Source of the DNA: a virus
Lineage: Duplodnaviria > Caudoviricetes
Strand: one strand, 5' to 3'
Length of the DNA: 64,000 nt
IMG/VR virus record: IMGVR_UViG_3300005985_000001
Coordinates: 19,742-83,741 of that record
The notes beneath the pieces are model-generated. The model saw only the letters and a program-made list of their open reading frames with translations. It did no database searches and was not told the origin of the DNA. Shown piece after piece: positions 39,301 to 47,981 of this stretch. A program made the position numbers and the translations under genes. Position 1 is the stretch's first letter. The number at the start of each line of letters is the position of its first letter.

Positions 39301-42300
39301 GCAGTGGCGTTTTCGAGCATTGAGAATATCACCGGCGCATCAGCACTCGACCGCGCTGCTAACAAGGACACTGCTCTGGAATACTTGCAGCAGGTGGGAC
39401 AGGACAAGGGGCTGTATCGCACAGGTGCACGATTCTGGAACCGCTCAACCGGCAAAACTCTGACCGGACCAGAATCTCAATTCCAGGAAATTTTTAAACA
39501 ACTTTCTAGTATTGGTTCTAACCTGGAAGGTGAGCCGGTGCTGGGTATTAGCCCAGATCAGGAATACCGGCAAAAACTAGCGCCTGCGATTGCGACGGCA
39601 ATGCTCACGCGCGACGAGATGAAACGCCTGGCGGATTCTGGCGAACTGGATCAGCGCATCAACCAGATGGCAGATATGCTTACTCAGCGCCGTGCCACTG
39701 GAGAAGACATCAGCACCCAGCTTTTGCCACTGACCGGCGCTGCAAAATTTGCGGAGTGGGGTGAAGGCAACGGTTCTGGATTGGGTTCACAGTCCAGTAT
39801 TGGACAGTGGATTACTGGACAGATTGCCAATAACTATCGCTTGTCACAACGCAAAGATAAAAGTGGCAATAAGATGGTTGACGCCAACGGGAAACCCGTC
39901 ATTATGGGTGAGTTCCCGACCGACTGGGGCGCACAGTATGAGAATGCAGGCAAGATTGCCCAGAGCATACAAGAATTTAATACCAATCTCGGCAAGCGGC
40001 GAGGGAATAATACACTGGAACAGGCGGTTCGCTCAGTAGCCGGTGGCGGCGAACGTCTGAAAAACTTCCTCGGTGGTATGTTCCCTGGACTGGCGCAGGC
40101 TACACAGCGATTCGCTGTTGCACCGGTTGATGATCCAAGTTTGTACAATCCAGGCGCTTACCTGACCGCCTCACAGTGGACCAGTGGCACCGGAGTAGAC
40201 GATGAACTGCTGCGTCTGGTGAATTTGAACACCACCTCAGCGGAACGTTCCGGCGTAATTGCCGAACTGATGAAGTCCGGTGCATTCCAGGAGTATCGTC
40301 CCTACAGCGGTCCTGCCAATAACGCGGATAAAGTCGGGACGCGCATGGAGAATGTGCTGACCGGCAAACTGGCAGCCCCTGAGAACCAACAGATTCTTAT
40401 GGCGAATGCTCGGCGTCGTATGGGCAACTCTCGGGCGGACTTCGGGATGCGCGACAGTGCAGGCAACCTGGTAGTCGGTGACATCAAGACCAAGAGCCGC
40501 ACGGGGCTGATGAGTGACCTTCTGGGTCCGTCTCTGCGTGGCGACATCATGGGTCAGGTCTCCAACTACATCACCGGTACTCGTATCGACGGCGGCGAAC
40601 GTCAGACCGGCGATTACGGCGTGGTCGTAGGCGGGATTCGTCTTAGCGACAACCCGAACATGCCGGAATCTGAAGTCGCGGCTGGGTTCGAGCAGGCGCA
40701 CGATCTGGCGATGCAGATGTACAGTAACAGCCAGATGCCGACTTCATGGGCAAATGCAGGCTGGACGCAGGAACGATGGGAGTCTCATCGTCAAGCCTCG
40801 ATGCAGGCCATGCAGGACATTTACGCCGCTTCGGGGATGAAAGTGGCTGCGCGGGTTGTGACCGGTGAAGAAGCAGAACAGTTCCTCAATGCCCGTCAGG
40901 GCGACATCTACAATCTGAAGTCGATTCGTCCTGAGCATCGTGCTGCGGACATGGCGGGTCGTGCGCAGCAAATCATGGCGCTGCGTGGTGGCGGCAATAT
41001 CAGTGGTTCTGGAGTAGGCTCTCCGCCCCCTCCAAACATGCCTGGCGCACCTCCGGCTCCACCTTCGGGCGACGATGGCTATGTTCCGTCCAGTGCCAGT
41101 GGAAGCGGCGGCTCGGGTGGCGGCGGCTCAGTGGTCAACAATAACACTGTCTACCGGATGTCCAACCCACGCATCACATCCAAGCAGATTGCCGAAGCAG
41201 AGATCGCACTGGAACATCTTGGCGAAGCCGCGAAGACCTTTGCAACCGGATCTAAAGAAGCCCGCGAAGAGATGCTCAAGCACTACGATGCTTTGAAGAC
41301 TGTCTCTTCATACCTGAGTGACGTGGAGCGGGCACAGCGTTCGCCGGACGGCTTCAATACCAACAATCCTAACTATCTTCTGCTTCAGCAGCGATTGGGC
41401 AGCGGGCGTGCAGGTGGCTCGGCGTTTGGCACCATCAACAATGCCGTTTATGATCCTGCATTGAGCAATGCGGCTTATGAAGCCCAGCTTGCCAATATGC
41501 GAGACACCGGCGAAGAGCCGCCGCAATCTCGGCTCCAGCGCATGATGCGCGGCGGGCAGGATCTCGCTGAACGTATCATCAAAACGCAGGGCTTGTTCCA
41601 TGCAAAGCTGGCGTTCAATATGTTTGCAGGCTCGGCGATTGGCGCAGCCGATAACTGGCAGGATCAGCAAGCTGCACAGGGAATGATGCTGGCACAAGCC
41701 GGTCAGTTGACGTTCAATCAACTGATGGGCAGTCAATTCGGAACCATGCAGCGTCGTAACATCGCCCTTCAGGAAGGCGGGCTTGCCTATGGGCAACAGG
41801 TCTACAGCGCCTATGCGCCGTTGATCAACTTCGCAGCCGGTCCCGACACTGCGAAAGGTCCGCTGGGCGCAATGGCAGGGATTGGCGTGCCTGCGTTTGG
41901 CGTTGCGGCGGCTGCGACGACACTTACTGGCAGTCCTCTCTTTGGTGCTGTAGCGGGTGGTGTCACAGCCGGTATCGGCACGCTTGGCTATATGTCATCG
42001 AATGCCGTAAACTATCAGGCAGTCGGCGCATTTAATCAGCAGCGCAATGCCGGGATGGGCTTACAGGCAATGTTCCAGAATACAGCCGGAGCAGCCGGGG
42101 CTTTCTGGAATGATCTGGGGCGCGGGTTGGGTCTTGTTTCCGACGAAGACTACCAGCGGTATCTGGATGCGCCTCAGTTCAACGACCTGATTCAACGTTA
42201 TTCACGCGGCGAAGTTGGGCGTCAGGAAGCAATTGCTCAAGCCGAAGCCATGCGTTTCAATGGTGGCGACCTGATGGCAGGTGGCTTGGAGGCCTGGGTG

Positions 42301-44634
42301 CAGTCCCAGACTCGCGCAGGTGCATCTCGTGAAACGGCATTGAGCAACTACAGCTACTGGGCACGTTATAATCCGAATTATATGCCAGGCGGCGACCTTG
42401 CCGGTCAGATGACCCGCATTGCAATGGGCGGCGGGGATACAGGAACGGTTGCCCAGTCCTTCGCTGGATCGCGCGGTATCAGCCCGTTTAGTCAGTCTAT
42501 GATGGATAGCGTAAATCGCTATGCCATGAACATGCTCACTGATCAACAGAATATGGGCTTGTTCACGGAAGCATCCAGCTTTGTGGGACAGCAGATTGGT
42601 GGTGTCAATCAGGCACTGCGTATGGCAGGACTGGGTAGCAGCCAGGCTGATCTCCTTCAGATGGTGCAATTCCTGCAAAATGGTGGGTCACTTGACCAGT
42701 TCAATGCAGGACTTCAGAGCCGAGGTACTGCTGCCTCGCTTCGCATGAGTACACCGGGTTTCTTCGATGTGGGTGGCTATCGACTGAAAGATAACTGGGA
42801 AGTATTCTCTGGTCAGGGTGATTTTGTCACGACTGAACGCTTGCAGCAGCAGGCAATGCAAGCCGGGCAGATGTATAACCAGTTCCTCGCCAATGGCGCT
42901 TCGCCGGGAGATGCCTTTGCCAATGCTTACCGCTACGGCACGGACTACGATGAAGCCAGCGCGAACCGTCAATTCCAAATGCTTCAGGGCAATCAGCGAG
43001 TCATTTCACTTGAAGGTGTCCGAACCCAGAATGCTGCATTGCAAACGATCAATCCGAACACGGGGATGGGCGCATACTACAACAACGTCAATGCCGAGAA
43101 TATCGCGGCGCTGAGAGCCAACAATCCCTTTGGCTTGTTCAACCTCACCGACGAAGAAGCACGCATGGGCGAGATGGGCTGGCAGAACCAGATCCTGCGC
43201 GCCAATCGCGGGCTGGAAGCTTACCAGTATGGGATGCGAGTGCGTCAGCGTGATCTGGGCTATGCGCTCACCACTGGCAATATGTTCCAGGCAGGGGGTC
43301 TGTTCGGTGCAGACGGAATGGCATTCAACCCCGGCGATGGCAGAGGCTTCTGGCAATTGGAAGATGCATCTCGTCGTCTGAATCGTGCGCAGCAGTCCTT
43401 CTCGTATGAGCAGGATACGGCACAACTGGGGATTCGTCAGCGTGAATTCGAGCTTTCTGGTTTGCAGTGGCAGACCAATTACGAATTGCAGCAGCGCCAG
43501 TTTGCATACAATACGCAGTATCAACGCGAAACACTGGGCATCTCGCGTGGACGCGAACTGGAACAGCAAAGCTGGCGACGAGAGGATCTTGCTTTTTCCA
43601 GATCACAACTCGATATTGGCTTTGCGTGGAATATGGAAGATGCAGATCGCAATATCCGCTATGCGCGTGGGCGTGAGAAGCGCGATCTGATGCGTCAGAA
43701 AGCCCGCGAAGTCATTCGCTACTCGATGGAATCGTCTCAACTGGATCGTCAGACCGAGCGCAATGAACAGCAAGTCGGCTGGTCGCAGCAGGACTTCGAG
43801 CGCCAGAAGCAGTATTTCGAACAGGGCGTTCAGTTCCAGAAAGAGGCGATGGAGAACCAGAAGAAGTTCTACGACCAGAACCGTGAACTGGATCGCCAGC
43901 GTCTTGACCTGGCAAAGCAGGCGCATGACCGTCAACTGGGCTGGATGCAGGAAGGCTGGCAGATCGAAGATCAGCGTATCCTGCTCGAACGCCAGAACTA
44001 CCAGTTGTCCTACAAGCAGCAGGTCGATATGGATACCCGGATTCGTGAGAACACGCTCACGGTGCAGCGATGGAGCGATGCGATTGATCAGGCAGGACGT
44101 GTCATGCAGGAACGGATTGCAGCGATCAATACTGCGGTGAGTACCGGGAACATCACTAGCCCACAAGCGCAACGGAACCTGAACAATTATTCCTATACAG
44201 GCTTGTCGCAGGATTCGGGTAGTGGCAGCAGTTCGAGCGGCACGGGATTGCCCGTGAATCCAGTCCTGAACCGCACCTATACAGCGAACGATGGTCGTCG
44301 CTTCACTTATACGGCACGCGGCTGGCTGCCAGCAGGCAGTGACTCTAGCACATCGCGCTACGGTCAGTCGGGTGGATTTGCTCAAGGTGGTTATACGGGT
44401 ACAGGCGATCCCAATGAAGTTGCAGGGGTGGTTCACAAGGAAGAGTACGTGGTGCCGCAGGGTGGCGCACTGGTGGTTCGTGGAGCCAGTGAAGAGCAGC
44501 TTAAGCGTCAGGATCGGATGATCGCGCTTCTGGAGAAGATCGCCGATAACCCGACGCTGTTCCAGGTCGTGATGGGAGATGGCAATAAGAGCAAAGCCAC
44601 TCCGATGTATCGTGAAGCGGCAGCACGGCTCTAG
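36367..44634 (+). CDS. giant tape measure protein fused to a two-barrel RNA polymerase core and a PD-(D/E)xK nuclease-like domain
   Basis: TMP position after G/GT; C-terminal FAQGGYTG...VAGVVHKEEYVV lambda-type TMP motif; N-terminal GKRG, RYP and DNDGD motifs; ADF...DIK...QVSNY. Confidence 0.85.
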   Translation: MRLRRNMAFNANLDVDNQDHYRHLMNRLDREGIKYGMNDVDLGFGRNLTAITINQRIRDKDVQSHLFYGPEGGLYVSNPNNTGGVRPILSTIRFNKDESISPSNPLMSPVDRVINMIQNPNWEDPKTKRVSQYGLSTLAQKQGADNVSWQRLEAQPGLDRLFRNGVQLSGEKYSYNDKIDQLNRATGSDYVNYARVGAAYRAKDYEAVIPTNNAGGMLISKLKEAKLFTGKVSDAVIGRNIYEPSPEPFYFEGQAGPNQSVVLRGAFDLFSEIPEGAAFTAGLGAANRISRTVTLPRGTTYDPDTGGLTLANGTALSAGTYFGGKPPGSYSDYTRLGGKREYNDIFGVSMGSYHSTLIENIVPELNDRGQFTGRATFDARAITKDVAIKSWIKAEGMDIHRSAMPFDEETDRHVDTWMRLPDLKKLPALALKALAADMNNTEAFGQWFGEQASARGMSADWIAQNFQNGQVSKEATPLVTEAAIQRLLSKATYNPQNPRRNVPLGSTEYEAFRNVTFIHQGQSYNVLGNVQARDDGTYLAETFHTPRIVTDYATNVRTEHVRDTMRIKPGTLSIMAQNNPELFDSLTSIAQATRKNNRAFAMTSAFRANSSSEQRQAVQDIFGIDKLDIAQVGRLREEYLSNNTDVSDSGMFRHILSGLAEQYGEQALELKTPQGSMILPNARTIRAGLRRNNDNPELINNWSKSAAGLITALGDDSISPDIIQNMANDTYARMEEHSGKRGVQQKATSIELGRLGGFARSTPGIPDNMAITSLATIQKRTGIENPDEIRRMAAQGDLVLSGWRYPSTHAKDFAASVRLGIYEDQPQWYKDRYLNPGRDVYTSPEIMRALRGDNDGDRFQAVLNRFRTQAAEFGKSLTALTPRQVVQRAANAFESERTKFIKTMAERSGMDLANTPLSAFSSFSYSQKQMREDFLTEEREAKSLIGINTNTFNRSMGMAARSGAEQLFGVDSPLTDRIAVAFSSIENITGASALDRAANKDTALEYLQQVGQDKGLYRTGARFWNRSTGKTLTGPESQFQEIFKQLSSIGSNLEGEPVLGISPDQEYRQKLAPAIATAMLTRDEMKRLADSGELDQRINQMADMLTQRRATGEDISTQLLPLTGAAKFAEWGEGNGSGLGSQSSIGQWITGQIANNYRLSQRKDKSGNKMVDANGKPVIMGEFPTDWGAQYENAGKIAQSIQEFNTNLGKRRGNNTLEQAVRSVAGGGERLKNFLGGMFPGLAQATQRFAVAPVDDPSLYNPGAYLTASQWTSGTGVDDELLRLVNLNTTSAERSGVIAELMKSGAFQEYRPYSGPANNADKVGTRMENVLTGKLAAPENQQILMANARRRMGNSRADFGMRDSAGNLVVGDIKTKSRTGLMSDLLGPSLRGDIMGQVSNYITGTRIDGGERQTGDYGVVVGGIRLSDNPNMPESEVAAGFEQAHDLAMQMYSNSQMPTSWANAGWTQERWESHRQASMQAMQDIYAASGMKVAARVVTGEEAEQFLNARQGDIYNLKSIRPEHRAADMAGRAQQIMALRGGGNISGSGVGSPPPPNMPGAPPAPPSGDDGYVPSSASGSGGSGGGGSVVNNNTVYRMSNPRITSKQIAEAEIALEHLGEAAKTFATGSKEAREEMLKHYDALKTVSSYLSDVERAQRSPDGFNTNNPNYLLLQQRLGSGRAGGSAFGTINNAVYDPALSNAAYEAQLANMRDTGEEPPQSRLQRMMRGGQDLAERIIKTQGLFHAKLAFNMFAGSAIGAADNWQDQQAAQGMMLAQAGQLTFNQLMGSQFGTMQRRNIALQEGGLAYGQQVYSAYAPLINFAAGPDTAKGPLGAMAGIGVPAFGVAAAATTLTGSPLFGAVAGGVTAGIGTLGYMSSNAVNYQAVGAFNQQRNAGMGLQAMFQNTAGAAGAFWNDLGRGLGLVSDEDYQRYLDAPQFNDLIQRYSRGEVGRQEAIAQAEAMRFNGGDLMAGGLEAWVQSQTRAGASRETALSNYSYWARYNPNYMPGGDLAGQMTRIAMGGGDTGTVAQSFAGSRGISPFSQSMMDSVNRYAMNMLTDQQNMGLFTEASSFVGQQIGGVNQALRMAGLGSSQADLLQMVQFLQNGGSLDQFNAGLQSRGTAASLRMSTPGFFDVGGYRLKDNWEVFSGQGDFVTTERLQQQAMQAGQMYNQFLANGASPGDAFANAYRYGTDYDEASANRQFQMLQGNQRVISLEGVRTQNAALQTINPNTGMGAYYNNVNAENIAALRANNPFGLFNLTDEEARMGEMGWQNQILRANRGLEAYQYGMRVRQRDLGYALTTGNMFQAGGLFGADGMAFNPGDGRGFWQLEDASRRLNRAQQSFSYEQDTAQLGIRQREFELSGLQWQTNYELQQRQFAYNTQYQRETLGISRGRELEQQSWRREDLAFSRSQLDIGFAWNMEDADRNIRYARGREKRDLMRQKAREVIRYSMESSQLDRQTERNEQQVGWSQQDFERQKQYFEQGVQFQKEAMENQKKFYDQNRELDRQRLDLAKQAHDRQLGWMQEGWQIEDQRILLERQNYQLSYKQQVDMDTRIRENTLTVQRWSDAIDQAGRVMQERIAAINTAVSTGNITSPQAQRNLNNYSYTGLSQDSGSGSSSSGTGLPVNPVLNRTYTANDGRRFTYTARGWLPAGSDSSTSRYGQSGGFAQGGYTGTGDPNEVAGVVHKEEYVVPQGGALVVRGASEEQLKRQDRMIALLEKIADNPTLFQVVMGDGNKSKATPMYREAAARL

Positions 44635-44843
44635 GGACCAAGTTGGGTTTCGTCGCTCACGGGAGGATGTGTGATATAATAATGAGCAGCCCCAATGAAG
44701 ATCAACAATGCAATTGGCCAGGTCACAACTCCCCAGCAACCCAATAGTTTCAGTGATAGAATCCCCAGCAATACCAGCAGGAATGCTCCACCAATCCCCA
44801 GAATAGCAAAACCGACTCCATTCCGAAGTACCTTGAACATCAT
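44631..44843 (-). CDS. antisense two-TM membrane protein (moron-like)
   Basis: Two hydrophobic helices; GGAG RBS; TGTGCTAGACT extended -10 at 44875-44885. Confidence 0.7.
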   Translation of the reverse strand: MMFKVLRNGVGFAILGIGGAFLLVLLGILSLKLLGCWGVVTWPIALLIFIGAAHYYITHPPVSDETQLGP

Positions 44844-44931
44844 CTTTTCCGAGAACTAATCTCCATTCATTGCAAGTCTAGCACAGACTCTATTCCTCGA
44901 ACAATTTACTTTCCTCACGGAACATTCCGTC

Positions 44932-45378
44932 ATGGCTACTGCCACTCGTGATCATATCCATATGTCTACCACGCTGGGTTCAGCGCCGGAAAATGCACCC
45001 GATCTGAAATGGTCGATCCATGACCGCCGTAAGATTCCGGTGATTTTCCTGAACTTGCGTTGGACCAAAAACGGTACACTGCGCCGCAATATCCTCTTTG
45101 AAGCGGGTAAGCCACTGCAACTTTTTAACTATATGTACGAAATCCGCTGCTACGACGATGGCGTGCGCACGGCAGAAGAAATGCTCGATGACCTTTACGA
45201 GATGCACGGTAAGGTGGTCTATCTCTGCGATACCAAGCACACTGAGGATGGCGCAGACCATACCGCAGATATTCGACCGATGGTGCTCGAAATCCCTGAA
45301 GGTGAAGTAACCGATCACTACGGGCTGGAATTCTTCTTTATCAAAATTCAACTCACGGATGCAAGCACTCTCACATGA
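44932..45378 (+). CDS. distal tail (Dit)-like protein
   Basis: Position immediately after TMP, 148 aa. Confidence 0.55.
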   Translation: MATATRDHIHMSTTLGSAPENAPDLKWSIHDRRKIPVIFLNLRWTKNGTLRRNILFEAGKPLQLFNYMYEIRCYDDGVRTAEEMLDDLYEMHGKVVYLCDTKHTEDGADHTADIRPMVLEIPEGEVTDHYGLEFFFIKIQLTDASTLT

Positions 45379-47981
45379 TTACTCCTAGTGAAGCCGGACT
45401 TACACAAGAACAGTGGGATGCTCTGAAAGCATCACATGCTTCAGCGGTCTACCAGACGATTGCGCATCGCTGGAATCCTAGCCTGCTGCCTGATCATTCC
45501 ACGAGCACAACGGTAGATCGGCAGTTCGGTGCGGTCGAGCACGATAACACCATTTATCGCATCGCTCGAAACATCGTGGAGTTCTACGATGGCAGTGAAT
45601 GGGATACTGTATCTGGGTTTACCGCCCCGGATGGTTTGCGAAATCGTCCCTATTCCATGATCTCTGATACTGACCTGTTTGTGTTCGCGGTCACGGATAC
45701 CGGCATCATGGTGCGGTCGTATGATGGCAGTTCGTGGAGTTCGTGGTCTGCCATCCTCTCCGATGTGACCGTTACCCACATGGCAGCGGTAGCCTCCGAT
45801 TACATCCACTTCATCACTCGTGACATCGAGAATGCGCGTTATCGTTTTCATGTTCTGCGCTGGAACGGGATGACCTGGGACACCCTCAACTCCCAGATTC
45901 ACTACCCCTATCCGATCTACTCTTTTGACGCTCGCCGCTATAACGGGCGTGACATCCTGATTTTGTCTACCGAAGTGCCTGGCAATCTTTCGGCGAAGTT
46001 TGTGAACAATACGGTTGTGAAATATACTCTTCGCGCTGGAGGCATTATCGGGTTTACCCATCAGTACGAATCGTGGTCGGATCACTTCGAGATTGACATC
46101 CTCGATGAGATCAACATGTATCGCTTCCGCAACAATGTGCGCCTCTCCGAAGTCAGCGGCAAGCTCTACCTGACCTGTTACTCTGGCGACGGAGACAGCA
46201 CTTCTGCGCTGACATTTTACCGAGAATACAGTTCCAAAGATGGACGCCACTGGTCCAGAGGGGAGTACCTGCCTGGTTTCCATGATGAAACTTCGGGCGT
46301 CCTTCTATTCCGGCTTGGCGATAATCTGTTCTGGATTTATGCCAGTAATGTCTACAAAGGCATCAGTACACTGCGCTTTGGGCATAGTCCAAGTTCGCAG
46401 CAATTAGACTTCTCCGACGAAGTGAGTGAACTCAAAATTAGTCGTCAGGATATGCAACAACTGACCATGACGCTGGATACCAGCACGGGATGGCTCACCA
46501 GTTCACTGCTGAATGGCGCTGAGCAGGCGATTATCGAAGTCCGCGCAGGCTATATGATCCCCAACGAAAGCGAAATCCTGGAGCCGGTACTCGTCAAGAT
46601 CGGGATGTTCGAACTAGACAGCATTATCCCTTCTCTGGAACTCCCTGACGCACAAGCCGATTTGACGGCACGGGATTTTCTGGCTTGGATGACCACTCGC
46701 ACACAGGCGGAACAGTTCAAGTTCTGGGAACCCCAGACCATTAGCGGCGATAACTACATTGATGATACTGATGGCACCGGCTATGGCGGCATGGGGCATA
46801 CCGCCGTGCAAACCGGAAGCTGGCGCACCGACGATGGCTTGGCGCTGAAGCTGGTGTCAGACAACCTGGAAGGGATGTCCTGGAATACCTTGCTTTCGCA
46901 GGATAACTGGAATGGGATGGTGCAGCATACGTTTCAGTTAGCTTCTTTAGGCAACAACGAATATGCAGGAATCGTCTTTCGCGCTCAGGATAAAGACAAC
47001 TGCTTCGCTTATATCTATTTTCAGGAAGATGATGTACTCAAACTGATTCAGCGCGAAGCGGGTGTGGATACCGTACTCTGGACTTCCAGTGCGATGAACT
47101 GGGACGATGATCTGAATGAGCATAGTCTGCGTGTGCATTACTACTACTGCCAAATTCGGTTGTTTTTCTCAGACGATGCAATCACCTGGGTGCAGGCCAA
47201 CGAGTATCTGGTCAAGGGAAAGCCTTCAACCGGAATTACAAACGATGAAGGACAGGTCGCACTGACCAGCGCCTTCATTCAAAGCGGCTTCAATGGCATG
47301 ATCGGTTACGGATTTAGCGATGAAGCAGAATGGGCAGGAGATCCAGGACCGATTCCTATTTCTGTTATTCCGCCTGATGAAGCACCATTCTACACAGATC
47401 CGATTGATCCTGGCGAAGAACCTGATCCACCAGCGGATTTATGGACACACGAGTGGGATTTGCGATTAAATGAAGGGCCGCTGCTCCCGATCAGTAATTC
47501 AGTGACAGTCACCTGTGTTTGGCACTCCGGTGAAGGCTTCCGTTCCAGTACGCTTGCCTTTCACATGTACCTCAATCTTCCCTCACCTCGTGTCATCACT
47601 GGAATCGACTTTGGATTCGTGAAGTACAGCCTCGGCTTCCAAAATAATTATCACCGCTTTGTTGGACGCGCAAGTGCTTACACTGATGCTGGACCGGGCG
47701 AGGACATGACTTCGCTGTCAACCCCACCGGGAGATGCCCTCGAATACAGTGCCAGCCAATTCTTCCTAAGCTCGATGTATTGGAACAGCAATGCGGAAAT
47801 GGATGCTGCGGGAGATCCCTACCGATTCCAACGTACTTTTACCAACGGCGAAACTGTCACTGGAGTCTGGCTCGATTTTGCGAGTAATCCCGGCTTTCCC
47901 GGGGACGATGGATGGGGTGGAAGTATTGGTATGAAAATCGCCAAACTCCGGATTACCGGAGAAGGAACGGACCCCTTCTAA
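45375..47981 (+). CDS. tail tip/hub protein with a lectin-like domain
   Basis: 868 aa; beta-propeller-like N-terminus, AGIVFRAQDKDNCFAY concanavalin-like segment. Confidence 0.7.
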   Translation: MITPSEAGLTQEQWDALKASHASAVYQTIAHRWNPSLLPDHSTSTTVDRQFGAVEHDNTIYRIARNIVEFYDGSEWDTVSGFTAPDGLRNRPYSMISDTDLFVFAVTDTGIMVRSYDGSSWSSWSAILSDVTVTHMAAVASDYIHFITRDIENARYRFHVLRWNGMTWDTLNSQIHYPYPIYSFDARRYNGRDILILSTEVPGNLSAKFVNNTVVKYTLRAGGIIGFTHQYESWSDHFEIDILDEINMYRFRNNVRLSEVSGKLYLTCYSGDGDSTSALTFYREYSSKDGRHWSRGEYLPGFHDETSGVLLFRLGDNLFWIYASNVYKGISTLRFGHSPSSQQLDFSDEVSELKISRQDMQQLTMTLDTSTGWLTSSLLNGAEQAIIEVRAGYMIPNESEILEPVLVKIGMFELDSIIPSLELPDAQADLTARDFLAWMTTRTQAEQFKFWEPQTISGDNYIDDTDGTGYGGMGHTAVQTGSWRTDDGLALKLVSDNLEGMSWNTLLSQDNWNGMVQHTFQLASLGNNEYAGIVFRAQDKDNCFAYIYFQEDDVLKLIQREAGVDTVLWTSSAMNWDDDLNEHSLRVHYYYCQIRLFFSDDAITWVQANEYLVKGKPSTGITNDEGQVALTSAFIQSGFNGMIGYGFSDEAEWAGDPGPIPISVIPPDEAPFYTDPIDPGEEPDPPADLWTHEWDLRLNEGPLLPISNSVTVTCVWHSGEGFRSSTLAFHMYLNLPSPRVITGIDFGFVKYSLGFQNNYHRFVGRASAYTDAGPGEDMTSLSTPPGDALEYSASQFFLSSMYWNSNAEMDAAGDPYRFQRTFTNGETVTGVWLDFASNPGFPGDDGWGGSIGMKIAKLRITGEGTDPF

